A stretch of 45,839 bases of DNA, from positions 1 to 45,839 of the forward strand of contig CAAFYT010000089.1 of the NCBI GenBank assembly GCA_900767325.1. The letters are read 5' to 3'. The notes beneath the pieces were generated by a model. It made no database searches and was not told where the DNA came from. It saw nothing but the letters and a program-made list of their open reading frames with translations. The stretch's first letter is position 1. Every line of letters begins with the position of its first letter. Position numbers and translations under genes: made by a program. The DNA comes from Kiritimatiellia bacterium. GTDB taxonomy: Bacteria; Verrucomicrobiota; Kiritimatiellia; RFP12; UBA1067. Positions 1-7,604 of the stretch are shown piece after piece.

Positions 1-21
1 AGACGTGTGCTCTTCCGATCT
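1..21. other. Illumina TruSeq Read-2 adapter remnant (technical artefact, not genomic DNA)
   Basis: Bases 1-21, agacgtgtgctcttccgatct, equal the 3' part of the TruSeq Read-2 adapter/primer (...GTTCAGACGTGTGCTCTTCCGATCT). They sit exactly at the contig edge. Confidence 0.85.
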
Positions 22-636
22 TATGCCGTCAAGTGCGGGATGGACGCGACCTCGATCGTTCCGCCGAACTTCTTCAAGCCGGGTTCGGTCGACATGCTCA
101 TCGCCTATCTCAAGGAGGCGCTCAAGACGTCCGAGAAGCTGCCGTTCTACTACTACCACACCTCGATGTCGGGCGTGAACTTCGACATGCAGACCTTCCT
201 CGAGAAGGCCGACGGCGTGATCAAGAACCTCGCGGGCATCAAGTTCAACTACGCCGACCTCTACATGTTCCAGCGCTGCCTGCGTTCTGGCGGCGGCAAG
301 TTCGACATCACCTGGGGCATCGACGAGTGGTTCGCGGGCGCGGTCGCGCTCGGGGCGCAGTCGGCGATCGGCTCGACCTACAACTACGCGGCGGGAATCT
401 ACTACAAGATCTGGAACGCCGTGAAGAAGGGTGATCTCGCGCGCGTCGAGGCGGGCATGAAGAAGGTCTGCGACATCGTGGACATCCTCGTGCAGTACGG
501 CGGCGTCGCCGGCGGCAAGGTGATGTGCCAGATGTGGGGCGTGGACCTCGGGGACGTGCGGCTGCCGAACAAGTCGCTCTCGGCGGCGGACAAGAAGGAC
601 ATCATCAAGCGCATCAAGAAGATCGGCTACAAATAA
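22..636 (+). CDS. nanA: N-acetylneuraminate lyase (DapA/NanA class I aldolase family), 5'-truncated at the contig edge
   Basis: Frame-1 ORF open from the edge to TAA 634-636. The translation has GIKFNYADL (Schiff-base Lys context) and GSTYNY, typical of the C-terminal two-thirds of NanA-type lyases. The GTG at 7 in the ORF track lies inside the adapter. Confidence 0.8.
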   Translation, partial: YAVKCGMDATSIVPPNFFKPGSVDMLIAYLKEALKTSEKLPFYYYHTSMSGVNFDMQTFLEKADGVIKNLAGIKFNYADLYMFQRCLRSGGGKFDITWGIDEWFAGAVALGAQSAIGSTYNYAAGIYYKIWNAVKKGDLARVEAGMKKVCDIVDILVQYGGVAGGKVMCQMWGVDLGDVRLPNKSLSAADKKDIIKRIKKIGYK

Positions 637-645
637 GGGCTGAAG

Positions 646-2052
646 ATGAAGACGGAGAAGGAGTATTGGGCGAAGTGGGGCTCGCGGGTCAAGACCGAGC
701 TCCTCACCAACATCATGCCGTTCTGGATCAAGAACGGCTGGGACCGCCAGCACGGCGGCGTCTACACCTGCCTCGACCGCGACGGCTCGCTGATGGACAC
801 CACGAAGAGCGTGTGGTTCCAGGGGCGCTTCGGCTGGATGTGCGCTTCCGCCTACAACCACGTGAAGAAGGACGCGACATGGCTCAAGGCCTCGAAGAGC
901 TGCTGCGAGTTCCTCGAGAAGCACTGCTTCGACAAGGATGGCCGCGCCTACTTCGAGGTCACGGCGGAGGGCGTCGGGCTGCGGCGGCGGCGGTATCTCT
1001 TCTCCGAATGCTTCGCTGCGATCGCCTACGCGGAGTATGCGCTCGCGAGCGGCGAGACGGCGTGGGCGCGGAAGGCGGTCGCGCTCTTCAAGCGCATCCG
1101 CGCCTGGGCGACCCTCCCGGCGGCGGTCGCCTCCCTCGGCGCGATCAAGCGCGAGGTCCTGAAAGACGGGCGCATCTCCCTCGCCGAGGCGAAGCGGCTG
1201 ATCGGGGTCTTCGAGCCGCTGGCGAAGATCCACGGCGGCGAATACCGCGCGTTGCTGAAAACGCTCACCGCCGCCGCGGCCGACGGACGCATCACGCGGC
1301 GCGAGTCGGACGCGATCGCGGCGAAGCTCGATGAAATCGTCCGGCGCGACACGCCGGCGAAGTTCGAGAGCGCGCTCAAGACGCAGGGCCATTCGCTCAC
1401 GATGATCCTCATCAACGTCGCAAACGTGCTCAAGCAGGTGAGCGACGATCCTGTTTTGGACGAGCAGATCACGGAGTCCATCGAGATGCTGGTGAAGTAC
1501 TTCATCCATCCCGAATTCAAGGCGCTCCTCGAGACGGTCGGGCCGAAGGGCGAGTTCATCGACACGCTCGCGGGGCGCGTGATCAATCCCGGTCACTCGA
1601 TCGAGACGAGCTGGTTCCTGATGGACGTCGCCGTCGCGCGCAACGACAAGGCGCTCAAGGAGATCGCGCTCAAGATCCTCGATTGGTCGTGGGACTGGGG
1701 GTGGGACAAGACGTACGGCGGCATCATCTCGTTCAAGGACTGCCGCAACCTGCCGCCGCAGTGCTACGAGCAGGACATGAAGTTCTGGTGGCCGCAGTGC
1801 GAGGCGATCATCGCCACCGCCTACGCCTACAAGCTCACGGGCGCGAAGAAGTACCTCGCGCGCCACAAGCAGATCGTGGACTGGACGTGGCAGCACTTCA
1901 AGGACCGCAAGTTCCCCGAGTGGTACGGCTACCTCCACCGCGACGGCACGGTCGCGCAGCCGGCGAAGGGCAACATCTTCAAGGGGCCGTTCCACATTCC
2001 GCGCATGCTCGTGAAGAGTCTGGAGCTCGCGCAGGAGCTCGCGCGCGCCTGA
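646..2052 (+). CDS. N-acylglucosamine 2-epimerase (AGE / renin-binding-protein family) with an ~80-aa internal insertion
   Basis: ATG 9 nt after the nanA stop. AGE-like motifs are GWDRQHGGVYTCLDRDG, NPGHSIETSWF and FKGPFHIPR. It lies next to a sialate lyase, as in Bacteroides-type nanL/nanE. At 468 aa it is longer than the ~390-420 aa I expect. Confidence 0.8.
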   Translation: MKTEKEYWAKWGSRVKTELLTNIMPFWIKNGWDRQHGGVYTCLDRDGSLMDTTKSVWFQGRFGWMCASAYNHVKKDATWLKASKSCCEFLEKHCFDKDGRAYFEVTAEGVGLRRRRYLFSECFAAIAYAEYALASGETAWARKAVALFKRIRAWATLPAAVASLGAIKREVLKDGRISLAEAKRLIGVFEPLAKIHGGEYRALLKTLTAAAADGRITRRESDAIAAKLDEIVRRDTPAKFESALKTQGHSLTMILINVANVLKQVSDDPVLDEQITESIEMLVKYFIHPEFKALLETVGPKGEFIDTLAGRVINPGHSIETSWFLMDVAVARNDKALKEIALKILDWSWDWGWDKTYGGIISFKDCRNLPPQCYEQDMKFWWPQCEAIIATAYAYKLTGAKKYLARHKQIVDWTWQHFKDRKFPEWYGYLHRDGTVAQPAKGNIFKGPFHIPRMLVKSLELAQELARA

Positions 2053-2080
2053 AGCGGCGCGGCGCGTTCGGGGTTCGGGG

Positions 2081-2572
2081 ATGATCGTACTCGGAATCGA
2101 CACGTCGCTGCGCTCGACCGGTTACGGCGTCCTGTCGGTCGAGGGGAGCCGGATGCGCGCGCTCGAGTACGGGCGCATCGCGAACGCGGCGAAGAAGCCG
2201 CTCACGACGTGCCTCGGAACGATCCACGACACGGTCGCGGCGCTCATCGCCGCGCACCGGCCCGACGTCATCGCGATCGAGTCGGTGATCTACGGCAAGA
2301 ACGCGGGAACGATGCTTCTTCTCGGGGAGGCGCGCGGGGCGGTGCTGACGGCCGCCGTCGCCGCCGGGGTCGGCGTCTACGAATACGAACCGCGGCGCAT
2401 GAAGAAGGCGATCTGCGGAAACGGACTCGCCGAGAAGGAGCAGATCCAGCGCATGGTGAAGACGCTCCTCGCCCTGGACGAGGTTCCGCAGAACGACGCC
2501 GCCGACGCGCTCGGCCTCGCGATCTGCCATGTGCAGTCCCACTCGCGCCTTTCGATGGAGGAACCGATCTGA
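2081..2572 (+). CDS. ruvC: Holliday junction resolvase RuvC
   Basis: MIVLGIDTSLRSTGYGVL..., IESVIYGKN, QNDAADALGLAICH. These are the canonical RuvC acidic-residue motifs, and the 163-aa length fits. Confidence 0.95.
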   Translation: MIVLGIDTSLRSTGYGVLSVEGSRMRALEYGRIANAAKKPLTTCLGTIHDTVAALIAAHRPDVIAIESVIYGKNAGTMLLLGEARGAVLTAAVAAGVGVYEYEPRRMKKAICGNGLAEKEQIQRMVKTLLALDEVPQNDAADALGLAICHVQSHSRLSMEEPI

Positions 2573-3210
2573 AGACGGTCGCGGACTATCGGCGGGAGAT
2601 CGACGCGGTCGACGAGAGGCTCGTGGACGCGCTCAACGCGCGCTTCGCGCTGACGGACGCCGTCCGCGCCCTCAAGCGCGCGAACGGACTCGCGGCGCGG
2701 GACGAAGCGCGCGAGAGGGAGATCGTCGCAAAGGCGCTCGCGCACACGCCCGCAGCCGAGCGCGACACGGTCTTCGGCGTGTACGAGAAGATCTTCGGCG
2801 GATCGCGCGGCGTCATCGAGACGGTCGCGCGCGGCGTCTGCATCCGAAAGGGCCGCGTGCTCCTCTGCAAGGCGAAAGGCGCGAAGCCGACGTACCTGCC
2901 GGGGGGACACATCGAGTTCGGCGAGACGGGGGCCGAGGCGCTGGTGCGCGAGGTGAAGGAGGAGACGGGTTTCGCGGCGAAGGCGGGCAAGATGCTGGGC
3001 GCGGTCGAGAACAGCTTCCTGCAGCACGGCAAGCGGCATTGCGAGATCAACCTCGTCTACGCGTTCGAGCTGGAGGAGGGCGGAATGGATCCGGACGGTC
3101 TTTGCGCGCAGGAGGACTGGATCGAGTTCGTCTGGTGGCCGGTGGAGCGGATCGACGAGGCGGAGCTCCTGCCCGCGGACATGATCGGATACGTCAGATG
3201 CTGCATGTAG
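2569..3210 (+). CDS. Chorismate mutase (AroQ-like) / NUDIX hydrolase fusion protein; start codon uncertain
   Basis: The N-terminal part, KTVADYRREIDAVDERLVDALNARFALTDAVRALK...FGVYEKIF, has an AroQ helical pattern. The C-terminal part has the Nudix box GGHIEFGETGAEALVREVKEETG. There is no in-frame ATG/GTG/TTG between 2209 and 2623. CTG 2569 overlaps the ruvC TGA. GTG 2623 is the first canonical start option. Confidence 0.65.
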   Translation: MKTVADYRREIDAVDERLVDALNARFALTDAVRALKRANGLAARDEAREREIVAKALAHTPAAERDTVFGVYEKIFGGSRGVIETVARGVCIRKGRVLLCKAKGAKPTYLPGGHIEFGETGAEALVREVKEETGFAAKAGKMLGAVENSFLQHGKRHCEINLVYAFELEEGGMDPDGLCAQEDWIEFVWWPVERIDEAELLPADMIGYVRCCM

Positions 3211-3884
3211 TCGCCACGCCGATCGGAAATCTCGGGGACCTTGGCGCGCGGGCGCTGGAGGCGTTCAGGGGCGCGTCGCTGATCGCCTGCGAGGATACGC
3301 GGCGAACCTGGCAGCTGCTCACGCACTTCGGCGTGCCGCGTCCCGAAATGATCTCCTATCGCCAAGGCAACGAGGAGCGCGTCACCGCCCGGGTCGTCGA
3401 GGCGGTGAGACAGGGTCGGGAGGTCGTGCTGTGTTCGGACGGCGGATATCCGGGAATCTCGGACCCGGGGTATCGGCTCATCCGCACCTGCGCGAAGGAA
3501 GGCGTTCCGTACGAGGTGATTCCGGGGGCGAGCGCGGTCAACGTGGCCTTGCTCATGAGCGGACTTTCGACCTCGTCGTTCACCTTTCGCGGATTTCCCC
3601 CGCGCGGACCGGGGGCTCTTCGCAACTGGTTCGAGGAGGACCGCGACAAGGAGCATACGCTCATCTGCTACGAATCGCCGTTTCGGATCGCGGCGACATT
3701 GAAGGCGGCGTTGGAGGCGCTGGGCGATCGGGAAGCGGCGGTCTGCATCGAGCTGACAAAAGTCCACGAGCGCGTTTCGCGCGGATATCTCTCGGACTTG
3801 GCAAAGGAATACGAAAAGCTGAAGGTCAAGGGCGAAGTCGCCCTTGTCATCGCTGGGAACAATCCCAAGTTCTGCCGTGGATAA
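3198..3884 (+). CDS. rsmI: 16S rRNA (cytidine1402-2'-O)-methyltransferase RsmI
   Basis: MLHVVATPIGNLGDLGARALEAF...ACEDTRRT...SDGGYPGISDPG...IPGASA are tetrapyrrole-methylase-fold RsmI motifs. ATG 3198 overlaps the upstream stop by 13 nt. Confidence 0.9.
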   Translation: MLHVVATPIGNLGDLGARALEAFRGASLIACEDTRRTWQLLTHFGVPRPEMISYRQGNEERVTARVVEAVRQGREVVLCSDGGYPGISDPGYRLIRTCAKEGVPYEVIPGASAVNVALLMSGLSTSSFTFRGFPPRGPGALRNWFEEDRDKEHTLICYESPFRIAATLKAALEALGDREAAVCIELTKVHERVSRGYLSDLAKEYEKLKVKGEVALVIAGNNPKFCRG

Positions 3885-4731
3885 GTGCGAGCTTTGTCCA
3901 AGAAAATGTGGAAAACGCCCAGGTTTCTGTGGTGCTGGAGACTGTGCGCGGGTCTTTAGATGGGGGCCGCATTTTGGGGAAGAGCCGCCTTTGACGGGCA
4001 AGAACGGGAGTGGGTGCGTGTTTTTCTCGCGGTGCACGATGAAGTGCCTGTATTGCCAGAACTCGCCGTGGAGTTGGCGAGGCGAGGGGGTTGACAAGAC
4101 GCGAGAGGAACTGACGGAGATATTCAGAGCCCTGGCGGTCAAGGATCGAGTCGAGAATTGGAACCTCGTTTCGCCGACGCCCTATCTGCCGTTTATCCGC
4201 GAGGCCGTTGCGCCGTTGATAAAAGAGGGCATAAAACTGCCGTTTGTGTGGAATTCAAGCGGATATGAGCGAGTTGAGACGCTGGAAGAGTATGCGGAGC
4301 TTTGCGATTGGGCGCTTTTTGACCTGCGGTATTCGCGTAATGAAACGGCGATGGAGGCGAGTGCGACGCCCGGGTATGTGGAGAGTGCGCGCGCGGCGGT
4401 GAAGTGGGCGGTTGAGCATACGAAGACGATTGTGAGGATTCTCGTGTTGCCGGGTCATGCGGACGAGGCAATCGAGAACCTGGCGTGGCTGGCGACGACG
4501 CTGTCGAACGAGGTCGCGGTGTCGGTGATGAGTCAGTTCACGCCGGCCTACAAGTCGCTTCGGACGCCTCCGTTCGATCGCCGGGTGACGGCCGGGGAAT
4601 ACGAGTCGGTCGTCGAGGCGGCGGCGGATTTCGGGTTCGGGAACGGATGGACGCAGGGGTTGGATTCGTCCGACGGGAAATTGGCGCTTCTCGGGGAGAA
4701 CATGACGGCGGAGCACGGCGTGGTGAGGTGA
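3844..4731 (+). CDS. Radical SAM protein, PflX-like (pyruvate formate-lyase activase-related)
   Basis: CELCPRKCGKRPGFCG N-terminal Cys cluster plus radical-SAM CTMKCLYC (CxxxCxxC). The start is either TTG 3844 or GTG 3877, and both overlap the rsmI end. Confidence 0.8.
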   Translation: MSSLGTIPSSAVDKCELCPRKCGKRPGFCGAGDCARVFRWGPHFGEEPPLTGKNGSGCVFFSRCTMKCLYCQNSPWSWRGEGVDKTREELTEIFRALAVKDRVENWNLVSPTPYLPFIREAVAPLIKEGIKLPFVWNSSGYERVETLEEYAELCDWALFDLRYSRNETAMEASATPGYVESARAAVKWAVEHTKTIVRILVLPGHADEAIENLAWLATTLSNEVAVSVMSQFTPAYKSLRTPPFDRRVTAGEYESVVEAAADFGFGNGWTQGLDSSDGKLALLGENMTAEHGVVR

Positions 4732-4739
4732 TTTTCCAC

Positions 4740-4769
4740 TTGCCAGTCGGTTCCGTTTTTTGATATAAT
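4740..4769 (+). promoter_or_regulatory. Sigma70-type promoter for the giant-gene block (-35 TTGCCA, 18-nt spacer, extended -10 TGaTATAAT)
   Basis: TTGCCA 4740-4745, TG 4761-4762, TATAAT 4764-4769, in an AT-rich island within GC-rich DNA. The ATG at 4779 is only 9 nt downstream, with no SD. Confidence 0.6.
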
Positions 4770-4778
4770 TCACAGAGA

Positions 4779-7604
4779 ATGCGGAAGGTATTCACAAGTG
4801 TGCTTTGCTGTCTTGTCGGCATGGTCGCGTTGACTTCGGTCGCGGCGATGCCGGGCGTGGCGCTCAATGCGATCGACTTCGCCAACGAGGATCTCTGGGG
4901 GAAGATGCCGCGCTATGGGCTTGACGAAGCCGGTCGGGAGGAGGATCCGGGCAAGTTCACGGGCATCTGCTACTGGTATTATGGGGGGGCGAACGGCAAC
5001 GGGAGCGTGATCACGGACTATTCGCTTCGCGCGGGCGAGATGGCGTACGACGGTTTCGGCGAGGGGAATCCGAAGCCGTTCTACATGCACGAGCGCGTGG
5101 TGAACGAGGGCTTTCTGGACGTCGGCTCGCTCGCGCCGCTCTGCCGCACGTTCAACGAGGCCTCGAGCAACGGCGTGTCGGCGGCGCAGTCGATTCCGGC
5201 GAAGAACGATCTCTTCGTCGATGCGCTGGTGAAGTTCGTGCCGCGGTTCGTCGAGGCCGGCGAGATTCCGGACGACGGGCTCGGGGGGAAGGCGAAGTTC
5301 ATGGTCTGCCTCGCGACGTCGGCGGCGGATCCGAGCCAGACGAATCTCGTCGTCACGGCGGGCTACTATGGGGCGGACGGCGCGCTGATTCCGCGAACCT
5401 ACGTCGCGGCGAACAAGGTGCAGTCGGGCCGGTGGTATCGTCTCACGGCGCGGGCGTTCAGGAACGCGGCGAGCAACGACGCGCAGAAGGAGCCGGCGTT
5501 CGCGCTCTTTCTCGACGGGGCGCTCGTGACGTGCGCCGAGGGCGCGTACGAGATCGGCGACGATGCGGCGAAGGTGCGCGATACGTTCGCCGGCAACGAG
5601 TACTACTCCAAGCGGGCGCTCTTCCCGCCGCTGCGCGCGTTCGAGCCGACGCCGAAGCTCTCGGGCTTCGCGATGAGGGGGTGCGCGGGGGTCGACGATT
5701 TCGGCGTGGTCACGAGCGGCAATCCGCTCTCGCGGAGCGTGAACGAGATCGAGATGACGGTGGCGATCGATCCGGAGAAGGTCGAGGGCGTGGTCTGCAC
5801 GATCGTCGGGGGCGCGAAATACGAGATGCCCGCGGGCGCGGGCGAGGTGACGTTCCCGGTCGGGCGCGGCGCGCGGGTCGAGATCGCGGCGTCGGCGCGC
5901 GAGGGCTACCGGCTCCACGAGGGGCTGACGATCCTCGGCAACGTGGGGGCTGTGGAGTCCGTCGAGGATCGCACGGTCACGCTGTCGGGCGAGTTCGACG
6001 ATGCCGCGCGCGTCGTGGCGAGGATCAATGCGGGAGACGCGTACTTCCTGGCCGGAGGAAAGGTCTTCGAGCGGATGGACGAGGCCATCGAAGCGGCGGC
6101 GCTGGCAGAGGACCGCACCCTCGCGCTGGGCAAGGACGTCACGCTCGATCCGACGACCGAGAACGGCCAGATGCGCGTCAAGGCCGGGTACGAGATCACG
6201 CTGGATCTGCGGGGGCGCGGGATTACGGGCGAACATTTCATGGACGAGTCGACGATCTACGACCAGGGGCGGCTGACGGTCGTCGACTCGGTCGGCGGCG
6301 GCTTCATCCACGCGCCGGGGACGGCGATCGAGGTCGTCAACACGAACGCGGCGCTGGTGGCCAACCACGAGTTCGCGGTGCTGACGCTCGGCAGCGAGGC
6401 GCTGGCGGACAAGGTCTTCACGGTGCGCGGGCGCGTACGGTGCGATCAGGGGGAGCTCGTGGTGAAGGGCGGAACGTACCTGACGCCGTGGGATCTGGAG
6501 CCGACCGACGAGTTCTATCTGGCGGACTACGTTCCCGATTCGCGCTACGCGATCGTCAGGGTCGGCTCGCCGGAGGTGATCGAGGGGCGCGACTGTCGCT
6601 ACTGGGGCGTCACGTACGACGGGAAGATGATGGTCCGCTTCAAGGTCGAGCACGGCGCGGTCTCGCCGGAGTGGACGACGGTCGAGAAGGGCTCCACGGT
6701 CGAGCGTCCGTTCGTCGAGGCGACGGGCTACACCATTGTCGACTGGGTCGACGAGGCGACGGGGCTGAGCTGGAACTTCGAGCTGGACACCGTCGAGAAG
6801 GACGTGACGATCGCCGCGCGGCAGGAGCTCGACGTCTATTCGATCGACTACGCGGGCGCGACGATCTCGCCGATGGCGCCCGATTCGTACACGCTCGAGA
6901 TGGAGCGCACGCTGGTTCCGCCGCCGTCCAAGGCGCGCGAGAACTACGTCTTTGCGGGCTGGCTTGCGGAAGGGAAGGGGAAGTACGTGGATTTCGTCGG
7001 CAAGGGCGCGGTCTACGTCGGCACGACGGAGCGCGTGATCGGCGATCTCAGGCTGGTCGCGCAGTGGACGCCGGCGGAGATCGTCTGGACGAACGCGGGG
7101 AGCGGGCTTTCGGAGTCGAACGGAACGTACGCGGGGAGCTGGTCGTTCACGATCCCGGCGAAAGGATCGATCGGCCCGGGCGACAGGATCGTCATCGACC
7201 GGATCTCGCTGTGCGTGGTCAATCCGCACCTCTACCCGAAGACGGCCGCGCGGCTGGCCGTGACCAATGCGGGGATGAAGGTCGTTTCGCGCGCGCGCAC
7301 ATACGGCCTCGACGAGGAGACGAAGGAGTACGCCGTCGCGCGCCGGCTTCCGAACGGGAGGGCCGCCGTCGACTACGAGTTCGACGATCTCGTCGTCGAG
7401 GCGGGCCGCATGAACTTCGCCTGCCTGGTGGATGGGGAGGCGAACCCCATGCGCGGCTTTCTGCGCTTCACGCTCATGCCCGGAGGGAACGACGCGGTGT
7501 TCGGCAACTGCACGCAGCCGGGGGGAGATCCGGAGTGCGCGCGCTATATGGAGTTCTGCCCGACCTACGAGGTGAGCGGACATCTGGAGGAGGGGGATAG
7601 ATGA
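4779..7604 (+). CDS. Secreted 941-aa protein: N-terminal LamG-like jelly-roll region plus two Listeria-Bacteroides (Flg_new) repeats
   Basis: Signal peptide MRKVFTSVLCCLVGMVALTSVAA. Flg_new-like units are GSTVERPFVEATGYTIVDWVDEATGLSWNFELDTVEKDVTIAA (~6640-6830) and ENYVFAGWLAEG...GDLRLVAQWTP (~6838-7075). The post-signal motif is shared with the next gene. Confidence 0.85.
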   Translation: MRKVFTSVLCCLVGMVALTSVAAMPGVALNAIDFANEDLWGKMPRYGLDEAGREEDPGKFTGICYWYYGGANGNGSVITDYSLRAGEMAYDGFGEGNPKPFYMHERVVNEGFLDVGSLAPLCRTFNEASSNGVSAAQSIPAKNDLFVDALVKFVPRFVEAGEIPDDGLGGKAKFMVCLATSAADPSQTNLVVTAGYYGADGALIPRTYVAANKVQSGRWYRLTARAFRNAASNDAQKEPAFALFLDGALVTCAEGAYEIGDDAAKVRDTFAGNEYYSKRALFPPLRAFEPTPKLSGFAMRGCAGVDDFGVVTSGNPLSRSVNEIEMTVAIDPEKVEGVVCTIVGGAKYEMPAGAGEVTFPVGRGARVEIAASAREGYRLHEGLTILGNVGAVESVEDRTVTLSGEFDDAARVVARINAGDAYFLAGGKVFERMDEAIEAAALAEDRTLALGKDVTLDPTTENGQMRVKAGYEITLDLRGRGITGEHFMDESTIYDQGRLTVVDSVGGGFIHAPGTAIEVVNTNAALVANHEFAVLTLGSEALADKVFTVRGRVRCDQGELVVKGGTYLTPWDLEPTDEFYLADYVPDSRYAIVRVGSPEVIEGRDCRYWGVTYDGKMMVRFKVEHGAVSPEWTTVEKGSTVERPFVEATGYTIVDWVDEATGLSWNFELDTVEKDVTIAARQELDVYSIDYAGATISPMAPDSYTLEMERTLVPPPSKARENYVFAGWLAEGKGKYVDFVGKGAVYVGTTERVIGDLRLVAQWTPAEIVWTNAGSGLSESNGTYAGSWSFTIPAKGSIGPGDRIVIDRISLCVVNPHLYPKTAARLAVTNAGMKVVSRARTYGLDEETKEYAVARRLPNGRAAVDYEFDDLVVEAGRMNFACLVDGEANPMRGFLRFTLMPGGNDAVFGNCTQPGGDPECARYMEFCPTYEVSGHLEEGDR

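Noticed and set aside
2540-2572. Possible -1 frameshift fusing RuvC to the CM/NUDIX frame
   Set aside because: There is no X XXY YYZ slippery heptamer and no downstream structure in the last 30 nt of ruvC. RuvC ends at its normal length.
2209-3197. Long upstream extensions of the CM/NUDIX ORF (from GTG 2209) and of the rsmI frame (from 2529)
   Set aside because: The extensions are Arg/Gly-rich translations lying entirely within ruvC or the NUDIX gene in another frame. The recognisable domains start only near 2569 and 3198.
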